Shown piece by piece: positions 18,109 through 27,902 of a stretch of 64,000 bases of DNA. The notes below the pieces were generated by a model, which saw only the letters and a list, made by a program, of their open reading frames with translations, searched no databases and was not told where the DNA came from. The DNA comes from an uncultured Chloroflexia bacterium (GTDB lineage: Bacteria; Chloroflexota; Limnocylindria; Limnocylindrales; CSP1-4). Positions within the stretch are counted from its first letter, which is position 1. Every line of letters begins with the position of its first letter. Both the position numbers and the translations under genes were made by a program. Location: NCBI GenBank assembly GCA_963813335.1, contig CAWEYL010000002.1, forward strand, positions 1-64,000, in the 5' to 3' direction.

Positions 18109-20433
18109 TCACTCGTTGGCCGTGCCGTTGGCCAGCCGGCGCAGCAGGAAGTATTCGGGCCGCGGGTGGTCGTCGGTGATGAGCGGGCCGTCGCCGACGT
18201 AGGCGGTCACCTCGGCGTCGTCCAGCCAGTGCTGGCGGTCGATGACCGCGATCCAGGCGTCGACGGAGGAGGCCGGCGAGTCGTAGGCGGACGAGATGTC
18301 CTCGAGGATCCCCGGTCGCGACAGCACCTCGCGGATGGCATCCGGCTCGAACGACATCGGCTCGTCCGACCCGAGCATGTACGCGCCGTAGCCGCCGGCG
18401 CCCTTGATCACGGTGACGTGCGGATACACGGCGGCGAACGTCCGGATGTGCTCCTTGAACTCCGGCTCGGGGGCACCGTATGGGACCCACTGCATCATGA
18501 TCCCGCCCGGCGTCAGGTGGGCCTTGCCGGCCTGGTAGTACTCGAAGGACGAGATGACCGACGCGCCGGAGCTCTCGATCGGCGGCGGCGGGTCGGTGAC
18601 GATGATGTCGAAGTGCTCGGTCGCGAGCTCGAGGTGGTTGCGCCCGTCGGTGATGATCACCCGCCCGTCCGGGTCCGCCAGGACCTGCGCGGCGTCGGGG
18701 TAGTAGTAGCCGAACATCTCGGGCACGGACGGGACCAGCTCGACGGCGTCGGTCCGCAGCCCCGCGATCAGCGCCGCCCGGAACGCGGTCCCCATCCCGA
18801 ACGCGACGACCAGCGCCCGCGACGAATCCGGGCGGGCGATCAGCGGCAGGACCGGCATGAGCTTGGCGTCGACGGTGAGCAGCGTCATGGACGTGCCCGC
18901 CACCCACAGCTCAGGGGTCGGCCGGACCTGGCCCGCCTGGACCGACGCGATCTCGTCCTCGGTCGAGGCGAAGATCGTCCCTCCGAGGGAGCGGATGTAG
19001 GCCTCGTTCGGCTGGGCCACGAGCTCGGGCCGGACGACGAGCGTCCCGACCAGCACGAGCACCATCGAACCCACGGCGACGGCGGGCAGCGCCGTCGGGC
19101 GGGACATGACCGCCAGCACGAGACCGAGGGCGAGGTTGCTCACCGCCAGCACCACGATGATCGCCGGCGAGCCGATGGTCGGCATCAGCACGAACGGCAC
19201 GACCAGGCTGCCGACGATCGCGCCGGTCGTGTTCACGGCCAGCAGCGATCCCAATTCGCCGCCGGCTGAGCCGGCCTCGTCGCGCAGCAGGATGGACGCC
19301 GTCGGGAACGCGATCCCCAGCACGATCGTGACCGGCAGGACCACGAGCACCGCCGACCCGAAGAGCGCCTTCAGGGTGGCGATGGGCTTGCCGGGGTCGA
19401 GCGCCTCCGGCCGGCCGAGCACCAGGACCAGGCCCAGCAGGACGAGCCCCGCGACCACGACCTGGCTCAGCGCCAGCAGCCGCAGCGGATCGCCGAGCCG
19501 CGAGCGGATCAGCCCGAAGATCAGGGCGCCGATGGCGATGCCGGTCAGGAAGGTCGCCAGGATGACCGTGAAGACGTAGGTGGTGTTGCCGGTCCCCGAC
19601 GCGAGCAGCCGGGTCCAGGTGACCTGGTAGGCCAGGGAGGTGAGCCCGGAGATGAAGGCGATGACGAGCGCCAGCCGGGGTCGCGGCACGAGTCCCGCGC
19701 GGACGAGCCGGGCGCGGTGCTCGGACTGGCGGGTGTCGGCCGGGTGCCGCGGATCGGTCCCTGCGTCGGGGGCCGGGTCCGCGCCGCGAGCGCCCCGCGA
19801 GAGCCACAGGGCGGTCGCCCCGGCGATCGCGGAACAGGCGGCGCCGACCGCCAGCGCCCCGGACAACCCGAGGAGCTCGATCATGACGAGGCCCGCCGCC
19901 AGCGTCCCGATGATGGCGCCGATGGTGTTGGCGGCATAGAGCCGGCCGAACGCGCGGCTGAGGGCGCTGGTCCGGGCGAGATAGCGGGTCAGGCTCGGGA
20001 ACGTCGCCCCCATCAGCACCGTCGCGGGGGCCAGCGCCGCGACCGCGAGCACCAGGCGTACCAGCGCCAGCAGCGTCGGCGAGTCCTCCAGCGCCGGATA
20101 GATCCCGCGATAGACCTCGCGGATCAGCCCGAAGGAGATCGGCGTGACCAGGACGACCACGACCAGGACCAGCTCGAGGGCGCCGTACAGGCGCAGCGGC
20201 GAGCGGACCCGGTCGGCGATCCGGCCGCCGACCGCCGCGCCGATGGCCATGCCGCCGAAGAAGCCGGTCAGGATCGCGGAGACGGCCTGGGTCGTGTTGC
20301 CGAACACCAGCACGAGCTGCCGGGACCAGACGATCTCGTAGATGAGCCCGGCCGCCCCCGACAGGACGAAGACGGCCAGGATCGCGGCGACGGGCGGCGC
20401 GGGGCGGGCCGGGGCGGCGGTCCGCTCGCTCAC
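18109..20433 (-). CDS. fused membrane domain / spermidine-synthase-like SAM-binding protein
   Basis: SGAAGLIYEIVW, LYAANTIG, then VELVP, DGRNHL and FDIIVTDPPPP. Confidence 0.8.
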   Translation of the reverse strand: MSERTAAPARPAPPVAAILAVFVLSGAAGLIYEIVWSRQLVLVFGNTTQAVSAILTGFFGGMAIGAAVGGRIADRVRSPLRLYGALELVLVVVVLVTPISFGLIREVYRGIYPALEDSPTLLALVRLVLAVAALAPATVLMGATFPSLTRYLARTSALSRAFGRLYAANTIGAIIGTLAAGLVMIELLGLSGALAVGAACSAIAGATALWLSRGARGADPAPDAGTDPRHPADTRQSEHRARLVRAGLVPRPRLALVIAFISGLTSLAYQVTWTRLLASGTGNTTYVFTVILATFLTGIAIGALIFGLIRSRLGDPLRLLALSQVVVAGLVLLGLVLVLGRPEALDPGKPIATLKALFGSAVLVVLPVTIVLGIAFPTASILLRDEAGSAGGELGSLLAVNTTGAIVGSLVVPFVLMPTIGSPAIIVVLAVSNLALGLVLAVMSRPTALPAVAVGSMVLVLVGTLVVRPELVAQPNEAYIRSLGGTIFASTEDEIASVQAGQVRPTPELWVAGTSMTLLTVDAKLMPVLPLIARPDSSRALVVAFGMGTAFRAALIAGLRTDAVELVPSVPEMFGYYYPDAAQVLADPDGRVIITDGRNHLELATEHFDIIVTDPPPPIESSGASVISSFEYYQAGKAHLTPGGIMMQWVPYGAPEPEFKEHIRTFAAVYPHVTVIKGAGGYGAYMLGSDEPMSFEPDAIREVLSRPGILEDISSAYDSPASSVDAWIAVIDRQHWLDDAEVTAYVGDGPLITDDHPRPEYFLLRRLANGTANE

Positions 20434-21629
20434 AGGTTGTTGTACGCCCAGTAGACGCCGACCAGCTCGACGAGCACGCCGAAGGCGATCAAGACCCGCC
20501 AGCCCGGTCCGATCCGCCGCAGCCTGGCGGCCGCCAGCCCGCACAGCGCGATGACGAACGGCGTCGAGTCAAGGAAGTAGCGGTAGCCGAACTGGAGCCA
20601 TCCACCGCCGTAGTAGAGCAGAGTCGGGACCAGCACTGCCACGGCGGCGCCGAGCAGCAGCCAGGCGCGCTGTGACCGCCAGTCCGCGCGGACCGCCAGC
20701 AGGAGGCCGGGCGTGGTCACGAACACCGACATCCCCAGCCCGTCCGGGTGGAAGAACGGGAACCCGAGGATCGGCTTCGGCAGGTCGAGCAGGAAGTACT
20801 GCAGGTTCATCCCGACGTGGGACAGCGAGAAGAGGCCCTGCTGACGGAGCGTATCGAGGAACGGCGGGAGCGTCGCCAGCGCGTAGCCCGATTCGAGCGG
20901 GTCGCCGAACCGGATGGCGTTGTAGGCGAAGAACCCCACGATCGACGGCAGGACGCCGAGGGCCAGCCCGGCCCACGCGCGCCATGGGATCGTGCGGCGC
21001 GACCCGTCGCTCGCGTCGAGCCACGGCAGCAGCAGCAGCGCGTAGAACGGGATCGCGAACGCGACCGGGGCCCGGGTCAGGAAGGCCGCCCCGGCGAGGA
21101 GGCCGATCAGGACCGCCCGCCGCCGTCCCCACAGCTCGATGAGGCACCCGAGCGTCAGCACGGTCGCGATGAGATGGCCGGTGTGCCACACGCCGCCGCG
21201 GGTCGTCACCCACAGGATCTGGGTGGAGAACCCGAACAGCAGGATCAGCCAGCCGCGGTCGACGAGCCGCCGGACCCCGAGCCGGCCGACGAGCCACCAG
21301 CACAGGCCGACGCTCGTGGCCGCCAGCGCCGCGTTGATGCCCGGCTCCCAGGCGTCCGCGCTCTGCGGACCGATGAGGGCGACCAGGGGCATCAGGGCGA
21401 CGGCCGGGAACGGCGCGAACGGGACGAAGTAGCGCGCGCCGTCGACGATCACGTCGTACGGGCCGGGAACGAAGTCGAGCCAGGTCCGGCCGTGGAGGAA
21501 GGCGTCCGCGAGGTAGAAGAAGTCGCCCCGTCCGGCATCGAAGCCGCGGTCGGCCAGCCAGTAGGCGATGAAGGAGACCGCGACGACCAGCCACCCGACC
21601 CGGGTGGCGCGACCCGGTCGTCGGGTCAT
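20430..21629 (-). CDS. GT-C-like membrane protein
   Basis: YLADAFLHGR, YFVPFAP, YNAIRFGDP and GWLQFGYRY. Confidence 0.7.
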   Translation of the reverse strand: MTRRPGRATRVGWLVVAVSFIAYWLADRGFDAGRGDFFYLADAFLHGRTWLDFVPGPYDVIVDGARYFVPFAPFPAVALMPLVALIGPQSADAWEPGINAALAATSVGLCWWLVGRLGVRRLVDRGWLILLFGFSTQILWVTTRGGVWHTGHLIATVLTLGCLIELWGRRRAVLIGLLAGAAFLTRAPVAFAIPFYALLLLPWLDASDGSRRTIPWRAWAGLALGVLPSIVGFFAYNAIRFGDPLESGYALATLPPFLDTLRQQGLFSLSHVGMNLQYFLLDLPKPILGFPFFHPDGLGMSVFVTTPGLLLAVRADWRSQRAWLLLGAAVAVLVPTLLYYGGGWLQFGYRYFLDSTPFVIALCGLAAARLRRIGPGWRVLIAFGVLVELVGVYWAYNNL

Positions 21630-22720
21630 GCGCCCGCCTCGCTCACGCGGGCACGGACACCGACCAGCAGGACGGCGAGCAGCGTCACCCAGAAGACAGC
21701 CGGATAGGCGACGAGCGGCGTCAGCGCGATGAGCGGCGTCGCCGTGACGAGCGGGATGGCGATGGCCCACCAGCGGCCCGCGGCGAGCAGGTAGGCGACC
21801 GGCAGCAGCAGCACCATCGCGTAGTGGTTCCACAGGACCGGGGAGATGAGCTGGCTCGCGACGACCGTCACGAGGTAGCTCGCCTCGGCGGTCGCGCGCC
21901 GCGCGGCGACGACCACCGCCACGATCGCGAGGACATCGCTCGCGAGCTGGATGGCGGTCGCGGCGGATGTCGAGAGCCCGGACTGGTACGCCACCGCCCC
22001 GGGCGTCACGTTGTTCGGGGTGGTGATCGATCCCGAGATCGTCCGGACGACCGACAGGAAGTCGGACCAGGAGGACGGCCCGGCCAGCAGCGTGGCGACG
22101 ACCGCCAGCCCGGCGAGGACGACGACGCCGATCACGATGGCCCGCCACCGCCCGGTGAGCGCGGCCCACACGAAGACGAGCCCCGGCTGCAGCTTGACCG
22201 CGGTCCCGATGGCCGCGCTGGTACCGAGACGCCGCGGGTCGTCCAGCCAGCGCCAGCCGATGGCGAACGTGAGGAAGAGCAGCGGACCGACCTGGCCCAG
22301 CTTGATCGCGTAGGCGAACGGCCACGACAGCCCGGCCAGCAGCACGATCCACCAGCGCACGGTCCGCGACACGGGGAGGATCACGACGCCGAGGGCGAAC
22401 GCGGCCAGCATCAGCGCGGTCCACGCGAGGACCGCGGTGGTCTCGGTGACGAGCGCCAGGGGCAGGACCAGGAGGATGGCGGTCGGCGGGTAGAGGTAGA
22501 GCCCGAACGGCCCGATCGCCGCGAAGTCCGTGACGTACAGCGGCCCGCCGTCGAGGAGCCGCCGGACGGCCTGGTAGTAGGCGCGGAAGTCGAAGCCGAG
22601 CGTGTCGCCGGCGACCGCGATGGTCGCGCCGATGACGACCACGACGACGGTGATCGCGACGATGGGGAGGGCCGTCCGGCCGAGACGGCCGGGAGACGCG
22701 GAGCCGAGCGCCGCGGTCAT
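21626..22720 (-). CDS. GT87 (DUF2029) glycosyltransferase
   Basis: FDFRAYY...YLYPP, GQV, VKLQP and SPVLWNHY. Confidence 0.8.
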   Translation of the reverse strand: MTAALGSASPGRLGRTALPIVAITVVVVVIGATIAVAGDTLGFDFRAYYQAVRRLLDGGPLYVTDFAAIGPFGLYLYPPTAILLVLPLALVTETTAVLAWTALMLAAFALGVVILPVSRTVRWWIVLLAGLSWPFAYAIKLGQVGPLLFLTFAIGWRWLDDPRRLGTSAAIGTAVKLQPGLVFVWAALTGRWRAIVIGVVVLAGLAVVATLLAGPSSWSDFLSVVRTISGSITTPNNVTPGAVAYQSGLSTSAATAIQLASDVLAIVAVVVAARRATAEASYLVTVVASQLISPVLWNHYAMVLLLPVAYLLAAGRWWAIAIPLVTATPLIALTPLVAYPAVFWVTLLAVLLVGVRARVSEAGA

Positions 22721-23523
22721 GCGGGCCGGCCGGCGCCCCGTCCGCTCCGCCGGTGGATGAGCGGGATCCGGAAGAGGTCCCAGGCCACCCGCATGGCCAG
22801 GCCCGGTCGCGCGCGCATCCGGGAACCGCGCCGATCGTCCCAGCGGATCGGGACGACGGCCATCGAGTACCCGCGGTGGCGGACGAGGTAGATCAGCTCG
22901 ACGTCGAACACGATGCTGGTGATCCGCTGCCGCTTGAAGAGGTCGTGCGCGCTCGCGCGGGTGAAGCCCTTGAACCCGCACTGCGTGTCCTGGACCGGGC
23001 CGACCACCCAGATCGAGGCGAGGAGATGGAAGGCCTTGCCGAGCAGCCGCCGGTAGGCGGGCTGGGTCGCCCGCATGTCGCGGCCGTCGGGCTGGATGCG
23101 CGACCCGAGGGCGACGTCGTGGTCGCGCAGCGCGTCGACCATCAGCGGCAGCTGGTCGGGCGGCGTCGCCATATCGGCGTCGGCGAAGATGATCAGGTCC
23201 GACGTCGCCGCGAGCATGCCGCTGCGGACCGCCGCCCCCTTGCCGCCATGCGGCACCGACAGGAGCCGCAGCCGGGGCGTTGCGTCGTCCGGGACCTGCG
23301 CCTCCGGCCGGGCCGACACGAGCGCCGCCGTGGCGTCCGTGCTGCCGTCGTCGACGACCAGGACCTCGATGCGTTCCGGCAGACCCGCTGCCCCTGGCGC
23401 CCCGTCGCGCGCGCGATCGCCGCCGCGTCGCAGATACCCGAACAGCTCGTCGAGCGCCGAGCCGATGCGGGCCTCCTCGTCGAAGGCGGGCAGGACGATG
23501 GTCAGGCTGGCGGGCAGGGACAT
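22717..23523 (-). CDS. GT2 polyprenol-phosphate glucosyltransferase-like
   Basis: VLPAFDE, VDDGSTD, GKGAAV, FADAD and DTQCGFK. Confidence 0.88.
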   Translation of the reverse strand: MSLPASLTIVLPAFDEEARIGSALDELFGYLRRGGDRARDGAPGAAGLPERIEVLVVDDGSTDATAALVSARPEAQVPDDATPRLRLLSVPHGGKGAAVRSGMLAATSDLIIFADADMATPPDQLPLMVDALRDHDVALGSRIQPDGRDMRATQPAYRRLLGKAFHLLASIWVVGPVQDTQCGFKGFTRASAHDLFKRQRITSIVFDVELIYLVRHRGYSMAVVPIRWDDRRGSRMRARPGLAMRVAWDLFRIPLIHRRSGRGAGRPA

Positions 23524-23605
23524 CGGCGGAAGTCTACGGGACGAGTCGTGGTCCGATGGTCCTGCTAGGCTGCCGCTCCGAGACGGGTACCACGGAGGCG
23601 GGCGG

Positions 23606-24895
23606 ATGGAGGCATCGCCGGACGGCTCGACGCGCCGCCGCATCGCGCTGACGCTGACGGCACTCGGGCTCGGCGTGTTCGCGATCTACATCGGGCTGTG
23701 GCTCGCGCTGATCGTCGGCGGCGACACCGACCAGGCCGACTACACCGCCTTCTACACCGGCTGGACGATCGTCGCGGACGGGCACGGCGCCGACCTCTAC
23801 GACCTCGGGACCCAGACGGCGACGCAGCAGGCGATCCTCGGCGGGCGCAGCTTCGAGGCCGGACTCAATCCGTTCAACAACCCGCCGCACCTCGTCGTGC
23901 CGTTCGTTCCCCTCGCGGCGCTCCCGCTCGCCACGAGCTACCTGGCCTGGGGCGCGATCCAGGTCGGGCTGCTGGCCTGGCTGGCCTGGCGGCTCTGGTC
24001 GGCGGTCGCGGCCGACTGGACGCGCCAGGAGCGCCTGGTCCTGGTCGCCGTCTCGCTGGCGGCCTCGCCCCTGCTGATCACGTTCCTGCAGGGCGCCTTC
24101 TCGCTGCTCGCCTGCGTCGCGGTCCTGGAGGCCTACCTCGCGTTGCGCTCCTCCCGCGACGGCCGCGCGGGAGCATGGCTCGTCCTCGCGACGATCAAGC
24201 CCCAGGCCGTGGCGGGCTTCGGCGTCATGCTGCTCGTCGGCCGGCGCTGGCGGGCGATCGGCGTCGGCCTGGCCGTCGCCGCTGGCCTGGCGATCGTCGC
24301 GACCGTCATCCTCGGGCCGGCGATCTGGGGCGACTACCTCCGCTTCCTGTCGCGCTATGTCTCGACGTTCGACGAGCTGAGCGTCCGGCCGTCGGTGATG
24401 TGGAACATCCGGGGCACCCTGACGCTCCTGATCGGACCGGACCGCGCGGCGGAGCAGGCGGGCCTCATCAACGGCATCGGGTTCGTCGGCCAGGTCGTCG
24501 GACTCGCGGCGGTCGCCTGGCTGTGGCGCGGCCGCTGGTCGCCGACGACCCCGGCCTTCGACCTCCGCTTCGCCTTGACCATCGTGATCGGGCTGCTCAC
24601 CAGCCCGCACCTCAACCCGCATGACGACCTGCTGCTCGTGCCGGCGGCCGCCATCGCCTACCGGGCGCTGCGGGAGATGCCGAACGCCGGGCGGGCCGGC
24701 GTCGTCCTCGCCGTCGCCCCGTTCGTGATCCTGGTCGCCAATGGCGTCAGCGCCAACGCCGTGGAGGGCCCGCCGATCCGGGTCCCGGTCATCCTGATGA
24801 CGCTGTTCGCGGTCTGGCTCGCGGTCGCGCTCGCCCGTCAGTCGTCGGGCGTCGCCGCGGGCAGCCCGTCGGGCTCGGAGCCCGCGCGGGCATAG
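23606..24895 (+). CDS. GT87 glycosyltransferase
   Basis: ADYTAFY...FNNPP, IKPQ and SPHLNPHD. GGAGG SD at 23594. Confidence 0.8.
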   Translation: MEASPDGSTRRRIALTLTALGLGVFAIYIGLWLALIVGGDTDQADYTAFYTGWTIVADGHGADLYDLGTQTATQQAILGGRSFEAGLNPFNNPPHLVVPFVPLAALPLATSYLAWGAIQVGLLAWLAWRLWSAVAADWTRQERLVLVAVSLAASPLLITFLQGAFSLLACVAVLEAYLALRSSRDGRAGAWLVLATIKPQAVAGFGVMLLVGRRWRAIGVGLAVAAGLAIVATVILGPAIWGDYLRFLSRYVSTFDELSVRPSVMWNIRGTLTLLIGPDRAAEQAGLINGIGFVGQVVGLAAVAWLWRGRWSPTTPAFDLRFALTIVIGLLTSPHLNPHDDLLLVPAAAIAYRALREMPNAGRAGVVLAVAPFVILVANGVSANAVEGPPIRVPVILMTLFAVWLAVALARQSSGVAAGSPSGSEPARA

Positions 24896-24911
24896 GCGGT
24901 CGAAGGCGTCG

Positions 24912-25763
24912 TCATGCGGCGCTGGGGTCGGCGGGGATGGCCGAGATCGACATCGGCACCGACCCGTCGGTCCACGATCGGCGGGCCAGTGGGAGGCACG
25001 CGGCGCAGATGGCGAAGCCGCTGATCCACATCACCGGCAGCGCGAGCGCCGCCGCCAGCGGCACCGCCCAGCGCCGGTCGGTCAACGCGCCCCAGACCAC
25101 GACCGCGAGCGCGACCGGCAGCCGGATCCACAGTGGCGCGGCCAGCTGGAACTGCTGCACGGAGCCGCCTTCCGGCGTGGTCCGCAGGAAGGCGATCCAG
25201 TCCTGCCAGAGGTGCCAGTCGACCAGGACCGAGACGGCGACGATGGCGCCGGTCACCCCGAGCGCGATCCCGAGGGAGCGCCACTCACGGCGGACGGCGA
25301 ACCACACGAGGCCGATCCCCGGCGTGACCTTGGTCAGGATCACGAAGGCCCAGGTCCAGGGGTAGCGGAAGCCGAGGACGATCGCGGCGGCGATCCAGAG
25401 GTGGACGTTGCCGTGGTACAGCTCGAGCGCGACCGGCGGGAGCGCGAGGAGCCACAGGACCCGCACGCCGCGGCCGCCGAGCCAGATGAGGTTGCCGACC
25501 AGCAGCGCCGACCAGATCCACAGGAAGGTCGGCCATTCGAGCGCCCCGAAGGGGTCGAAGAGCCGCGCGATCGGCGGCGAGTAGTTGAAGGCCCCGAGCC
25601 CGCCCACGCCCGCCTTGTACGGGTCGGCGATGTCGACGTTCCAGTAGGCGAATGCGTCGAACCCGAAGGTCCCCGCCGTGGGTGCCACGATGACGAACAG
25701 GTAGACCAGGAAGAGCAGACCGGCGATCACCGCCCCGTCGCGGAGGGCGCGGGCCGCGGTCAT
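24912..25763 (-). CDS. GT87-like glycosyltransferase
   Basis: FDAFAYW...FNYSPP, GNVH and KVTPG. Start could also be 25787. Confidence 0.75.
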   Translation of the reverse strand: MTAARALRDGAVIAGLLFLVYLFVIVAPTAGTFGFDAFAYWNVDIADPYKAGVGGLGAFNYSPPIARLFDPFGALEWPTFLWIWSALLVGNLIWLGGRGVRVLWLLALPPVALELYHGNVHLWIAAAIVLGFRYPWTWAFVILTKVTPGIGLVWFAVRREWRSLGIALGVTGAIVAVSVLVDWHLWQDWIAFLRTTPEGGSVQQFQLAAPLWIRLPVALAVVVWGALTDRRWAVPLAAALALPVMWISGFAICAACLPLARRSWTDGSVPMSISAIPADPSAA

Positions 25764-25869
25764 CCGTCGATGTCGGGGGGCATCCATCGATCCTGTCAGG
25801 CCCGGCGCGTCATCGACACACGACCATCGTACCGTCGCGACCCCCCTCGCGGCGTCGATACTTCCCGAC

Positions 25870-26949
25870 GTGACTTCGACCGCCGTCGCGCTCGGACCGG
25901 GGACCCGGGCGACGACCCTCCTCCGGCTCGCCCTCGCCGCCATGGCGGTCATCGTCGCGCTCGTCACCGACCTGAAGGTCGTCACCTCGTTCCCGATCGC
26001 CATCGACGCGACCATCCCGCTGGCCGCCGCCCAGCGCTGGCTCGATGGCGGCACGGTCTACGTCGCGGACGGGTTCACCAACCCGGACGTGCTCCCGCCG
26101 TTCCTCTATCCGCCGTTCGTGCTGCCGTTCGTGGCCCCGCTGACCGCCCTGCCCGAGATGCTCGTCCGGCTCGTCTGGGCCGGGCTCGCCGTCGCGGTGG
26201 CGCTGCTCGTCTGCCGCCGCCTGGCGGTGCCCTGGCGCTTCGTCGCGATCGTCCTGGTGTGGGAGCCCATGCTCGGCAGCCTCTGGGGCGCCAACGTCCA
26301 GCTCCTGCTGTTCGCCGCGTTCGTCGCGGCGTTCTGGCGCGCGCCGGCGGTCCACGACCTCCATCCCGAGCCGCGCGAGCTCGAGCGGCCGGGGGCGGTG
26401 ACGCCGCGGATCGGCTGGTACGCCGCGACCGTCGCGAGCGTGAAGGCGACCCAGGTCCACGCCTGGCTGGCGATCGCCGGACGGTCGCCGCGGGCGGCCA
26501 TCCTGGGCGCCGCGCCGTGGGTCGTCGTCGTGGTCGCGACCCTGCCGCTCGTCGGGATCGCGCTCTGGTCGGACTGGCTCGCCCAGCTCGCGCGCGCCTC
26601 GGACCCGACCTGGGATGCGATGGGCCCGTCGCTGCTGCGCTATCTCCCGGCCGCGGTCGTGGCCGTCCTCACCGCCGCCTCGCTGGTGGTCGCGATCCGC
26701 CTGCGCGGCCCCGACACGGGCGTCTGGCTCGGGCTGCTGATGCTCCTCGTCACGCCGAACATGCACGACTTCAGCGGGTTGTTCCTGCTCCCGGCGATGC
26801 TCCGGATCCGCCTCGAGTTCGCGCTGCTGGCGGCCATGCTGACCTCGACGGCCACGGCCGAGGGCTGGTGGCTGGGGATCGCCATCGTGGTCGGCGGGAT
26901 GCTCGCCGGCCGGCGCTGGCCGGCGGCCTACGAGCCGGTGCCTGCATGA
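25870..26949 (+). CDS. GT87-like glycosyltransferase
   Basis: IDATIP...FLYPP, ANVQ and PNMHDF. Confidence 0.75.
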   Translation: MTSTAVALGPGTRATTLLRLALAAMAVIVALVTDLKVVTSFPIAIDATIPLAAAQRWLDGGTVYVADGFTNPDVLPPFLYPPFVLPFVAPLTALPEMLVRLVWAGLAVAVALLVCRRLAVPWRFVAIVLVWEPMLGSLWGANVQLLLFAAFVAAFWRAPAVHDLHPEPRELERPGAVTPRIGWYAATVASVKATQVHAWLAIAGRSPRAAILGAAPWVVVVVATLPLVGIALWSDWLAQLARASDPTWDAMGPSLLRYLPAAVVAVLTAASLVVAIRLRGPDTGVWLGLLMLLVTPNMHDFSGLFLLPAMLRIRLEFALLAAMLTSTATAEGWWLGIAIVVGGMLAGRRWPAAYEPVPA

Positions 26950-27857
26950 TCGGCGAGCGCTCGTTCTTCACCGACGCCGGCCGCGGGCCGGTGCCACGGC
27001 GCGTCTGGTACGTGCTCATCGCGGCCGCCTGGCTGGGGGCCCTGATCGGCTTCGACACGCTGCGCGTCCACCTCCAGCTCGACCCGCTCGCCGACGTCCA
27101 TGCCTATTACGACGCCGGCGCCCGGCTCAACGCCGGGCTCCCGCTCTACGACCAGGCGGTCGGCACCAACGACGCGTCGTTCTACCGCTATCCACCGCTC
27201 CTGGCGATCGCGTTCCGGCCGCTCGCGCTGCTCCCGTTCTCGACGGCGGCCAGGATCTGGGAGGCGCTCCTCATCGGCCTCTTCATCCTCACGGTGATCC
27301 GGCTCGGCGTCCGCGACCGCTGGACCTGGCTCGTCCTCGGCTGGCTCGCCGCGCCGATCGCGTGGAGCCTGGCGGTCGGGCAGGCCCAGGTGGCGGTCAC
27401 GTTCCTGCTCGCGCTCGGCGCGCCGTGGGCCGTCGCGCTGGCGACCAACCTCAAGGTGCTCCCGGCCCTCGTGGCGGTCTTCTGGATCGGCCGGCGCGAC
27501 TGGGGCGCGCTGCGCCGGTTCGCCGTCGCCATGGGCGCGCTCGCGCTCGTATCGCTCGTGCTCGAGCCCAGCGGCACGCTCGACTACCTGTCGTTCCTGC
27601 GCCTGGAACAGGTCGGCGCGGTGCGCAACCTCTCGCCCTACCAGCTCTCCCCGTTCATCTGGCTGGTGATCGTGGTCGCCCTGGCCGTGCTGGCGCTGCG
27701 CACGGCGCCCGGGCGGTTCGGGTGGCTCGTCGCCGTCACGCTGTCGGTCCTCGCCAGCCCGCGCCTGCTCATGTACATGCTGTCCACGCTGGCCGCCGGG
27801 AAGGCCGGACCGGCCCCTGCCGCAAGCGCTCCAGCGACGCCGCCGGATAGCTCCTAA
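26946..27857 (+). CDS. GT87-like glycosyltransferase
   Basis: ADVHAYY...YRYPP, GQ and LKVLP. ATGA overlap with the upstream gene. Confidence 0.78.
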   Translation: MIGERSFFTDAGRGPVPRRVWYVLIAAAWLGALIGFDTLRVHLQLDPLADVHAYYDAGARLNAGLPLYDQAVGTNDASFYRYPPLLAIAFRPLALLPFSTAARIWEALLIGLFILTVIRLGVRDRWTWLVLGWLAAPIAWSLAVGQAQVAVTFLLALGAPWAVALATNLKVLPALVAVFWIGRRDWGALRRFAVAMGALALVSLVLEPSGTLDYLSFLRLEQVGAVRNLSPYQLSPFIWLVIVVALAVLALRTAPGRFGWLVAVTLSVLASPRLLMYMLSTLAAGKAGPAPAASAPATPPDSS

Positions 27858-27902
27858 GTACCGGTCGGAAGGCGACAGGACCGGTGCTACGCTGCACCGG
27901 CC

